Source of the DNA: a virus
Lineage: Duplodnaviria; Caudoviricetes
Virus record (IMG/VR): IMGVR_UViG_3300044266_000309
Coordinates: 1-32,629 of that record
DNA: 32,629 bases
Direction: 5' to 3' (one strand)
The notes under the pieces are model-generated. The model did not search any database. It had not been told where the DNA came from and saw only the letters and a program-made list of their open reading frames with translations. The position numbers were made by a program, and so were the translations under genes. Within the stretch, counting starts at the first letter, position 1. Each line of letters opens with the position of its first letter. This document shows positions 8,657 through 16,933 of this stretch, one piece after another.

Positions 8657-9310
8657 ATGAGTTTGCTGCTCCTGTTCACCGGCGCAGCGCCCACCGGCCT
8701 GACCGGCTCAAGTGCCACCACCAACGCTGATGACGCAGCCAACGCTTCTGGCTCAGTCGCGTGGCCGGCGATCACCGGCTCAAGCAGCACCACCAACGCC
8801 GACGACAGCGCTACAGCAAGCGGTTCGGTCGGCTCGTCAACCATCACCGGCAGCTCGGCCACCACCAACGCCAACGACACCAGCGCAGCGTCGGGCACCG
8901 TCACCTGGCCGGCCCTCACCGGTTCCAGCAACACCACCAACGTCAACGACAGCGCCACCGCCGCCGGCGCAGTGTTCAGCACCCTCACCGGTTCCAGCAA
9001 CACCACCAACGCTGACGACACAACCAGCTCAAGCGGATCAACCAATGGTGGCACCGCACCACCCACTGGCGGTTTTGTCGTTCCGTATCGGCCCCAAGTC
9101 AGGCCATCGCAACAACAACCCGCACTTACTGCAACCGCCGCCACCACAAACCGGCCGGACGCAACCACGTCAACTGGCTCAATCGTCTGGCCCGTCGTGC
9201 TGGGCGCCGCCCGACTGATCAACCACCCCGACTCACTCACCGGTCACCTCGAGCTCAGCGACTGGCACCTCGTCGCCATCGACGACGAAGAACTGCTCGC
9301 ACTCATCTGA
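8657..9310 (+). CDS. Ser/Thr/Ala-rich tandem-repeat fibre-like protein
   Basis: Five ~24-aa repeats (L/I)TGSSxTTNxxD...G plus a degenerate sixth; ends IDDEELLALI. Confidence 0.75.
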   Translation: MSLLLLFTGAAPTGLTGSSATTNADDAANASGSVAWPAITGSSSTTNADDSATASGSVGSSTITGSSATTNANDTSAASGTVTWPALTGSSNTTNVNDSATAAGAVFSTLTGSSNTTNADDTTSSSGSTNGGTAPPTGGFVVPYRPQVRPSQQQPALTATAATTNRPDATTSTGSIVWPVVLGAARLINHPDSLTGHLELSDWHLVAIDDEELLALI

Positions 9311-9321
9311 AAGGAGCGCGC

Positions 9322-10197
9322 ATGTCCGCAGCTTCCAAGCCCATCGAGCGGCGCATGTTCCCCGCCGACATCAGCATCCGCACAAACAAGGACGGCAGCG
9401 TCGGCCTGCGCGGCTACGCAGCCGTGTTCGACAGCGAAGCCCACAACGAGGTCGTGCGCTCGTCGGCGTTCAACACGACCCTCAAGCAGCGCGACAACGT
9501 GCGTCTGCTTGTGAACCACGACGGCGTGCCCATGGCCAGCACCAAGGCCGGCACGATGACCCTGTCGATCGACCAGCGCGGCCTCCTGGTCGACGCCCCC
9601 AGCCTCGACATGGCCAACCCGACCGTGCAAGAGCTGGTGTCGGCAATGAGCCGTGGCGACATCGACCAGATGTCGTTTGCGTTCGCCGACCTGTCGCCCG
9701 CCACCAAGTCCAACACCGGTGTGCGTGAACTGACCGACGTCGTCCTCTACGACGTTTCGGTGGTCACCTATCCGTGGTACGAGGCGACGACGGTTGGCCT
9801 CACTGGCGATCGCGACATGGACCGTGCACTTGTCTGCTTGCGCAGCCTCAGCCCCGAACAAGCCCGTGAGGTCACCATCATCGCCCTCGATGGCGACGTG
9901 CAGGTTTCCAACGTGGCCGACAACAGCATTGAGACCGAGACGGCCGACTGTTGCGACGCCTGCGGATGCGACATGCCCGCTGACGCCAACTACTGCCCCG
10001 ACTGCGGTGCCGCCGTGCCCGTTTCGACCATGAACGCGTGCAACAACTGCGGCTGCGAATGCCCCACCGGCGCCGCCTACTGCCCCGGCTGCGGAGTTGC
10101 ACTCACCCCGGCGGAACCCGCCGCCGACCCGACCGCCACGCCGACCCCGGCACGTGGCCACTCAATCTCAGAAGCCAGAGCACTGCTCGGCCTCTGA
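9322..10197 (+). CDS. HK97-family prohead protease with C-terminal double zinc ribbon
   Basis: GYAAVFD, LLVNHD, QMSFAF, LYDVSVVTYP; C-terminal CDAC/CPDC/CNNC/CPGC. Confidence 0.92.
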   Translation: MSAASKPIERRMFPADISIRTNKDGSVGLRGYAAVFDSEAHNEVVRSSAFNTTLKQRDNVRLLVNHDGVPMASTKAGTMTLSIDQRGLLVDAPSLDMANPTVQELVSAMSRGDIDQMSFAFADLSPATKSNTGVRELTDVVLYDVSVVTYPWYEATTVGLTGDRDMDRALVCLRSLSPEQAREVTIIALDGDVQVSNVADNSIETETADCCDACGCDMPADANYCPDCGAAVPVSTMNACNNCGCECPTGAAYCPGCGVALTPAEPAADPTATPTPARGHSISEARALLGL

Positions 10198-10306
10198 CTA
10201 GTTGGAGCCGGAGCGTCCCCCGGAGCCGTAAGGGCCACCAGGGACAGCCACCACGCCGACGCCCCCCAACCAACAAACCCCCTGACTCCACAAGGAGACC
10301 ACCACC

Positions 10307-11647
10307 ATGACCATTCTGGACAAGGTGCGCGAACAGCGCGCCCAGATCAACGCGCCCGCCGAGGCGGTGATCGCCGCTGCCGAAGCCGAGCAGCGCGAAC
10401 TCACCACCGAAGAGTGGGACACCATCAAGGCCACCAAGGCCGCCGGAGCCGACCTCGACGAGCGCATCGCCGACCTCGAGATCGTTGAGGCCCGTCGCAT
10501 TGAGGCTGCCGCCAAGAACATCGGCGGCGCCGTTGTCCGCAACGAGGCCCGCACCTACAGCCGCGAGGCGGAGCGTCGTGACGGCGTCTCGTTCCTCGCC
10601 GACGTGGCCACCGTGTTCGGCAAGGGCTTTGAGCCCGGCGCCCACGAGCGCATCGCTCGCCACACGCAGGAAGAGCGCACCGTCCGTGGTGACCTGTTCG
10701 AGACCCGTGCCGCCGCCACCTCGGCGTTCGCCGGACTGGTAGTCCCCCAGTACCTCACGGACCTCTACGCGCCCGCCGTGGCCGCCATGCGTCCGCTCGC
10801 CAACGCGATGCGTCACGTCGATCTGCCCGCACAGGGCATGACGGTCAACATCAGCCGCATCACCACCGCGACCTCGGCCGCCCTGCAGGCGTCGGAGAAC
10901 AGCGCGGCGTCGGAAACCAACATCGACGACACGCTGCTCAGCCCGACGATCCAGACCGCTGCCGGTCAGCAGACGGTGTCGCTGCAGGCGCTCAACCGTG
11001 GCACCGGCGTTGAAGAGGTGGTCGTCGGCGACCTCGTCCGCCGCTACCACACCGTGCTCAACAGCACGCTCGTCAACCAGGCAACGAACGGCCTTGACGC
11101 CATCGCCGGCGTCAGCGTCACCTACACCGACGCCAGCCCCACCGGCCCCGAGCTGTACCCCAAGCTGTTCGACCTCATCCAGCAGGTCCAGTCGGCCACC
11201 TACCTCGGCGTGTCGCACTTCGTGATGCACCCCCGCCGGTGGAACTGGCTCGCTTCGCAGGTCGGCACGTCGTGGCCGTTCCTGCAGGTCGCCGGCGCAG
11301 GTGCTCAGACCGCAGGCGCCTACAACGGCACCGGCAGCTACAACAACACCGGCTCGGGCACCGTCGTGGCAGGCACCCTTGCTGGCGTGCCCGTCATCCT
11401 CGACGCCAGCATCGCCACGAACTTCGGCGCCGGCACGAACGAGGACCGCATCTACGGCATCACGTCGGACGAGGCGTTCCTCTGGGAAGACGTCAATGCC
11501 CCGCTGTTCATCCGTGCAGAGCAGACCGCCGCAGCCTCGCTCGGCGTGCTGTTCGTGGTGTACGGCTACTTCGCCTACACCTTCGGCCGCTACCCCTCGG
11601 CCCACGGCAAGATCAGCGGCACGGGCCTCGTCACCCCGACCTTCTGA
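10307..11647 (+). CDS. HK97-fold major capsid protein
   Basis: AAGGAG SD, N-terminal coiled-coil delta domain, GLVVPQY, GTLAGVPVILD; follows the protease. Confidence 0.92.
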   Translation: MTILDKVREQRAQINAPAEAVIAAAEAEQRELTTEEWDTIKATKAAGADLDERIADLEIVEARRIEAAAKNIGGAVVRNEARTYSREAERRDGVSFLADVATVFGKGFEPGAHERIARHTQEERTVRGDLFETRAAATSAFAGLVVPQYLTDLYAPAVAAMRPLANAMRHVDLPAQGMTVNISRITTATSAALQASENSAASETNIDDTLLSPTIQTAAGQQTVSLQALNRGTGVEEVVVGDLVRRYHTVLNSTLVNQATNGLDAIAGVSVTYTDASPTGPELYPKLFDLIQQVQSATYLGVSHFVMHPRRWNWLASQVGTSWPFLQVAGAGAQTAGAYNGTGSYNNTGSGTVVAGTLAGVPVILDASIATNFGAGTNEDRIYGITSDEAFLWEDVNAPLFIRAEQTAAASLGVLFVVYGYFAYTFGRYPSAHGKISGTGLVTPTF

Positions 11648-11676
11648 CCCTTCCCCTGGTCAGCCCCCGCAGTGAC

Positions 11677-11708
11677 AGCGGGCCCGTCACGTTTGTGGCG
11701 GGCCCGCT
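11677..11708 (+). terminator. Strong hairpin after the capsid gene (terminator/attenuator or mRNA stabiliser)
   Basis: AGCGGGCCCGTCAC-gttt-GTGGCGGGCCCGCT, 14-bp stem with one G-U pair; weak U tract. Confidence 0.65.
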
Positions 11709-11738
11709 TCCTGCAGCCCTCACTCGATCGGAGAACCG

Positions 11739-12083
11739 ATGTACGAAGCACCCATCACCGTTGTTGCATCTGCAGCACGAACCACCACGGGCAACAGCGG
11801 AGCGCTGCAATGCGGTGCGACACCCGTCATCTCGTTGCTGGTTGCCACGACCGCCGCATCTGGAACGACGCCCAGCATGGCGCTGTCCATCGAATGGTCG
11901 CCCGATGGCGGAACGACGTGGTGCGCAGCCGACACGGCCGACACCTTCACCGCGATCACCACGACGACCAACCTCACCAAGCAATTCCGAGTCAAGTCAA
12001 ACGTCTACCGCATCGTCTGGACCATCACCGGCACCACGCCGTCGTTCACGTTCAGCGTGCGCGAATACGACCTCGGAGCATGA
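11739..12083 (+). CDS. Putative capsid decoration/cement beta-sandwich protein
   Basis: GGAG SD, Thr-rich beta pattern, immediately after the capsid gene. Confidence 0.65.
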   Translation: MYEAPITVVASAARTTTGNSGALQCGATPVISLLVATTAASGTTPSMALSIEWSPDGGTTWCAADTADTFTAITTTTNLTKQFRVKSNVYRIVWTITGTTPSFTFSVREYDLGA

Positions 12084-12084
12084 C

Positions 12085-12279
12085 GTGAGCGAAATCGAAT
12101 CACTCCTGCGCGAACGCGCTGGCTACGTCATGCGCAACCTGACCGACCGAATCAGAGCAGTCGACGTCGCACTCGCAGCACTCGGTCACAAGACCGCACC
12201 GGCCATCGAGACCGCCGCTGTCGCACCGCCCGAGACCGCCACGGTCAAGACCCGTCGCGCACGCACCACGACTAACTGA
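12085..12279 (+). CDS. Small hypothetical head-region protein (MSEIESLLRERAGY...)
   Basis: GTG 12085 after GGAG; fills the gap between neighbours. Confidence 0.7.
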   Translation: MSEIESLLRERAGYVMRNLTDRIRAVDVALAALGHKTAPAIETAAVAPPETATVKTRRARTTTN

Positions 12280-12290
12280 GCGAGGCCCTC

Positions 12291-12875
12291 ATGGCGAGTT
12301 ACGCAACGCTGCAGCAACTCAAGGACTACGGCCGCAACGAGATCACCAGCGCCGACGACTCGGTGCTGAAGCTCGCCCTCGAGTCCGCCGAAATGCTAGT
12401 CAACAACTTCTGCGGACGCACGTTCACCGTTGCCGGTGCTGCGACCGCACGCGTCTACTCGCCCGCTGGGCCCGCCGCCAAGGTGCTGCGCATCCACGAC
12501 TGCACCAGCATCACCTCAGTCAGCGAAGCCGGCTCGCTGCTTGACGCCAGCACTTGGCAGGCAGAACCGGTAAACGGGCTCACACCGCAAGGCGACACCC
12601 GCCCGTACACGTCGCTGCGTCGCTACGGCGGCATCTGGCTGTGGGACGACGACAAGGCTCGCATCACCGTGACCGCCACCTGGGGATGGACCAGCGTCCC
12701 GTACCGGGTGCAAGAGGCGACGCTGATCGTCGCCAAGGACGTCTACCAGCAGCGCAACACCAACGCCGGCGTCGCAGGCTTCGGCGAGTTCGGCGCAGTC
12801 CGAGTGCGCATGAACCCGATCGTGATCGACATGCTGACGCCGTTGCGTCGCACCGAAGCGTTCGGTCTCGCATGA
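12291..12875 (+). CDS. Head-to-tail adaptor
   Basis: YATLQQLK, VNNFCGRTF, VTATWGWTSVP.RVQEATL motifs. Confidence 0.85.
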   Translation: MASYATLQQLKDYGRNEITSADDSVLKLALESAEMLVNNFCGRTFTVAGAATARVYSPAGPAAKVLRIHDCTSITSVSEAGSLLDASTWQAEPVNGLTPQGDTRPYTSLRRYGGIWLWDDDKARITVTATWGWTSVPYRVQEATLIVAKDVYQQRNTNAGVAGFGEFGAVRVRMNPIVIDMLTPLRRTEAFGLA

Positions 12876-13327
12876 ACCTGCAGACCATCCGCGAGGCCGT
12901 CGAATCACGCCTCGCCGCAGCGTTCGCCGCCAACGCCGACTCGGTCACGATCTACCCGTGGCTGACGTCGTCCGACGTGTACCCGCAGATCACTGTCAAC
13001 CACTCAACACCAGCCGTCGAATACCACTCGTCGTTCGGACGTGGCCTGTGCCAAGTGAACTTGACAGTCGAGGTGCGCACCACCGCAGCCGATCCAATCT
13101 CGGCGCAGATCGCACTCTCCAAGTTCGCCAACGCCGGCACCGGTGAAACCCGGTCCATTGTCGACGCGCTCGAGGCCGTCACCAGCGGCACCACACCGAA
13201 CCTTGACGGCGCTGTCGAGAACGTGGTCGTCGCGCAGGTGTCCATGAATCAAGGCGAACAACTCGCATCCGGCGTCTACGAGTTCGCCGCCACCTTCGAC
13301 GTCCAAGTTCTCGCCAGGAGGAACTGA
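12872..13327 (+). CDS. Tail terminator/completion protein
   Basis: ATGA overlap; MNLQTIREAV...NLDGAV; directly precedes the tail tube gene. Confidence 0.7.
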   Translation: MNLQTIREAVESRLAAAFAANADSVTIYPWLTSSDVYPQITVNHSTPAVEYHSSFGRGLCQVNLTVEVRTTAADPISAQIALSKFANAGTGETRSIVDALEAVTSGTTPNLDGAVENVVVAQVSMNQGEQLASGVYEFAATFDVQVLARRN

Positions 13328-14058
13328 TGGCAGCGTTCTCGCTCACCAACGTCTCGATCGCGCTTGACGGCACCATCGTGACCGGCTACTGCAATCAGGT
13401 CGACACGCAAGCCAGCGTCGACATGCTCGACTTCACCACGTTTGCATCCGGCGGCTGGAAGACGATGCGCCCCGGCTTCGCCTCGTTCACGCTCGGCCTG
13501 CAAGGTTTCCAGGACTACGCCACCAACGCGCTCGACCAGTCGTTCCCGCTGTCGTCCGCTGGCGGCACCGACACCTTCACGGTTGCTCCGACCGGCGGTG
13601 CCGCAGTTGCCGACCCTGCCTACTTCGGACAGGGTCTGCTGAACAGCTACACGCCGCTCACCGCCGCAGTCGGCCAGCCCGCCAACTTCAACTTCCAATG
13701 GGCCGGCATCAACCAGCTCGTCCGTGGACAGATGCTGCACCCATCAGCGGCGCGCACCGCCACCGGCAACGGCACCGCCACCACCTTCACGACGCCGACC
13801 GCCACGCAGGCGCTGTACGCAGCGTTCCACGTCACCTCGGTTACTGGCACCGGCACCATCACCTTCAAGGTGCAGACCGCCAACAGCGGCGCATTCACCG
13901 TGCCGAACGATCGCATCACCTCAAACGGTTTCACCGCCACCGGCGCCCAGTTCGCATCGCTTGCCGGTGCGCTCGCCGGTGAAACCCACATTCGCGCCCA
14001 GTGGACCATCACCGGTTTCACCAGCGTCACCTTCCAGGTCGCCGCCGGCGTCCTGTGA
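13327..14058 (+). CDS. Major tail (tube) protein 1 with C-terminal extra beta-sandwich domain
   Basis: DFTTFASGGWKTMRPG tail-tube motif; AGGAGG SD. Confidence 0.8.
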   Translation: MAAFSLTNVSIALDGTIVTGYCNQVDTQASVDMLDFTTFASGGWKTMRPGFASFTLGLQGFQDYATNALDQSFPLSSAGGTDTFTVAPTGGAAVADPAYFGQGLLNSYTPLTAAVGQPANFNFQWAGINQLVRGQMLHPSAARTATGNGTATTFTTPTATQALYAAFHVTSVTGTGTITFKVQTANSGAFTVPNDRITSNGFTATGAQFASLAGALAGETHIRAQWTITGFTSVTFQVAAGVL

Positions 14059-14091
14059 CCTTCAGACCTCCAACCGTCAGGAGCAACAACC

Positions 14092-14586
14092 ATGGCAGCA
14101 TTCAGCCTCACGTCGGCGACCATCCTCGTCGGCACCACCTGGACCGGCACCGCCCCCGGTGAACCCGGCACGCAGACCGTGTCGGGCACCGTGGCGTCGT
14201 CGACTGACATCTCCACGATGATCACGCAGGTCGACGTCGGCCTCAGCGTCGCCCAGCTCGAGACCACGAACTTCGGTTCGGGCGGCTGGAAGACCATGAC
14301 GATGGGCCTCAAGGAAGGCACGCTCCAGCTCAACTTCAATCAGGACTTCGCAGCCTCCAAGATCGACGCCCTGTTCGGCCTCGGCGGCTCGATCATCCCG
14401 GCCTTGGGTGCCTACGGCTACATCGACGTCAAGCCGACCTCGGCTGCTCGCAGCGCCACCAACCCGAGCTACGTGTTCCAGGTGTACAACTCGTCGTACA
14501 ACCCGATCTCGGGTGGCGTCGGTGCGCTGGCAGTCGGCACGCTGCAGTTCACGATCACCGGCCAGATCGCCCGTCTGACCGCCTGA
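14092..14586 (+). CDS. Major tail (tube) protein 2, paralogue lacking the C-terminal domain
   Basis: ETTNFGSGGWKTMTMGLK, SATNPSY; same MAAFSLT start as protein 1. Confidence 0.8.
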   Translation: MAAFSLTSATILVGTTWTGTAPGEPGTQTVSGTVASSTDISTMITQVDVGLSVAQLETTNFGSGGWKTMTMGLKEGTLQLNFNQDFAASKIDALFGLGGSIIPALGAYGYIDVKPTSAARSATNPSYVFQVYNSSYNPISGGVGALAVGTLQFTITGQIARLTA

Positions 14587-14587
14587 C

Positions 14588-15118
14588 GTGGACGACTGGC
14601 AGCGGGTCGTCAAGAAGATCGACGGCCTGCACGCCGAACTCGACGGCACGGCATTCAACAAACGGCTCGCAAAGGTCGGCAAAGACGACCTAGTGCCGAT
14701 CGTCGAAAAGTCGATCCGCAGGGACGCCGGCGGCGACCTCGCAATGTCTGGCTGGCGCACCAAGAAAGGCGACCAGCTGCAGCTCACTGCCCACAGCGAG
14801 CCCGCTGCCAGCGTTCCGACCGGCATCTTCATCAGCCCAGCAATCCAAGGTGCCAACTGGCGCAAGGGTCATGGGCCGATGCGTGTGCTGCAAGACGGCC
14901 GCAAGTCGTACGTGGCCGGTGACCGCCGCCGCAAGGGCCATCGAGTGAAGAAGAAGACCGGCGAGGTCGTCGACACCTTTCGCAAGGTGAAACGCAACAT
15001 CGGCGCCACCAGAGGCAAGGGCACCTGGTCTGACGCCGTAGCCGAGATGAACCGTGTCGCTGCCAAACGTGTTGACGAGCGGGCCGTGAAGGACGCACTG
15101 AAGAAGTACTGGGGGTGA
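14588..15118 (+). CDS. Basic neck/tail-completion protein (HK97 gp10-like)
   Basis: Highly K/R-rich with gp10-like layout; family call is inference. Confidence 0.55.
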   Translation: MDDWQRVVKKIDGLHAELDGTAFNKRLAKVGKDDLVPIVEKSIRRDAGGDLAMSGWRTKKGDQLQLTAHSEPAASVPTGIFISPAIQGANWRKGHGPMRVLQDGRKSYVAGDRRRKGHRVKKKTGEVVDTFRKVKRNIGATRGKGTWSDAVAEMNRVAAKRVDERAVKDALKKYWG

Positions 15119-15124
15119 GCCGTC

Positions 15125-16933
15125 GTGGCGTTGGGTGACAAGATCACAGTCGTCATTGACGTCGTCACGAAGTCGGCCACGGCTGGCCTCAAGGACTTCA
15201 AGTCTGCAGTCGGCGAGGCACAGGGCTTCACCGGCAAGCTGAAAGCCGGCGTCGGTTCGCTCAAGGACACGTTCGGCTCGGCGCTCACGTCCACGGCAGG
15301 TCTCGCTGCGGGCGTCGTGGCAGCGGGCGTCGGTGCGGTCAAGGCAGCAGGCCAGTTTTCTGAGCTGGTTAAGCGCGCAATTGACCTTGGCAAAGCGACC
15401 GGTCTGTCAACCGAGCAGGCATCTCGCTGGATTGCCGTCGCTGACGACTTTGGCATTCAAGCTGAGGATCTGCAAACCGGGCTTGGCCGTATCGCCAAGA
15501 CGCTTGACGCTGCAGTGTGGGACAAGTACGGCATTGCCACTCGTGACGCCAGCGGTTCGGCAAAATCCGCCAACGACATCTTTCTGCAGTCGCTGGACAT
15601 GTTGGGCAAGATCACCAACGACACCGAACGTGCTCGAGTTGGCAACGAGCTGTTCGGCAAGGGCTATGCCAACATTGCTCCGATCATCGGCAATACGCGT
15701 GCCGAGTACGAGAAGATGCTGTCGGCTGTTGATGGTGGCCAGGTCATCACTAGCGGTGAGGCCAAGCGAGCCGAGAAATGGCGCGAGGCTCAGGACAAGC
15801 TGAGTGACGCAACAGGTGATCTGACATTGGCGTTTGGCAATATGGCGGTTGCGGCAGCACCGCTGTTGGATTTCATTGCCGGCATTGTTCAGAAAACAGC
15901 CGAACTGGTGGACATTGCCGGCGAGGGCGACATCAGTAAACCGCTGACGCAATTCAGCAAGGTTGCCAGCAACACCAAAACTAAGGCCGGCGATCTCGTC
16001 GTTGCGTTTGACAAGTTGGCAAGTGCCTCGGGCAACGCGCGGTCGCCCTTAGACAAAACCGGCGCCGTGCTGAAGACCCTTTTCGGCTTTGATTCAAATG
16101 CTCCGTTGATTTTTGACAACTACAAAAAGGCGATTACTGAGCTAGCTCAGACTGCCCCGGAGGAAGCGGGCAGGGTTGTTGGTGCTCTTACGGAGCTGGT
16201 GCTGGCCGCCGAGAAAGCAGGCGACCAAGAGACTCTTGATGCCCTGTCGGCTCGTGGTCTCAACTTTGACACAATCATGGAACTGGGCAAGGTTGCTGCC
16301 GAGGCCGCTGGCGGCATGGACAAGCTCGGCTGGTCGGCGAAACAGCTGGACGACGATGCAAGCAACCTAAAGGTTTCACTCAACCTGGTTGAGGAAAGCA
16401 CCAACAGGGCCAAGGATGCCTTGAAGCGCTATCAGGATCAGGTCAAGGGTCGCCATGACCTGATCGACTTGGTCGCAACGCTTGATGACACCAAGAACAA
16501 ACTCAAGGCCCTGACCGACGAGTACCTCAAGATCAAGGCACCTACTGAGGATCAGGCGCGCAAGTATTTCCTCGACTCGGCGCAGGCTGCTGACGATGCG
16601 CAAGAGGCAGCAGCTGACTACCTTGACACCGTCGATGGCATCAGCGACACACAGAAGAAGACGTTGCTGATTGAGTTCCGAGCGGATGACCCGGCTGCGT
16701 TTCTCAATGGCGTGCAACGAGCTGTTGATTCGCACGGCCTGACAGTTGGCGTCACCACTCGCACTGTTTCCGGCCCGCAAGATGGACCCAACACCGGACC
16801 TCGAGGTGCGGGTAACACGACAGTGAATCTCAACATTCACGCGCCGTTTGTGGGCAACCCTGTGGAGTTCGGGCGCATTGCTGTTGACGCAATTAGGTCG
16901 TACGTTAGGGCTGGCGGAAGAGGACTCAGCTAA
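15125..16933 (+). CDS. Tape measure protein (short, 602 aa)
   Basis: Ala/Gly/Lys-rich helical protein, typical N- and C-termini, position before the tail tip. Confidence 0.85.
   Translation: MALGDKITVVIDVVTKSATAGLKDFKSAVGEAQGFTGKLKAGVGSLKDTFGSALTSTAGLAAGVVAAGVGAVKAAGQFSELVKRAIDLGKATGLSTEQASRWIAVADDFGIQAEDLQTGLGRIAKTLDAAVWDKYGIATRDASGSAKSANDIFLQSLDMLGKITNDTERARVGNELFGKGYANIAPIIGNTRAEYEKMLSAVDGGQVITSGEAKRAEKWREAQDKLSDATGDLTLAFGNMAVAAAPLLDFIAGIVQKTAELVDIAGEGDISKPLTQFSKVASNTKTKAGDLVVAFDKLASASGNARSPLDKTGAVLKTLFGFDSNAPLIFDNYKKAITELAQTAPEEAGRVVGALTELVLAAEKAGDQETLDALSARGLNFDTIMELGKVAAEAAGGMDKLGWSAKQLDDDASNLKVSLNLVEESTNRAKDALKRYQDQVKGRHDLIDLVATLDDTKNKLKALTDEYLKIKAPTEDQARKYFLDSAQAADDAQEAAADYLDTVDGISDTQKKTLLIEFRADDPAAFLNGVQRAVDSHGLTVGVTTRTVSGPQDGPNTGPRGAGNTTVNLNIHAPFVGNPVEFGRIAVDAIRSYVRAGGRGLS

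Noticed and set aside
10103-11605. Long minus-strand ORFs (500 aa here; also 9244-10161, 21840-22865, 29350-30384)
   Set aside because: Shadow ORFs of high-GC3 genes on the plus strand, with no motifs or SDs.
14056-15124. Programmed frameshift / tail chaperone G-GT or obligatory tube readthrough
   Set aside because: No XXXYYYZ slippery site found; the in-frame arrangement of the tube genes is easily chance and the second gene has its own SD.
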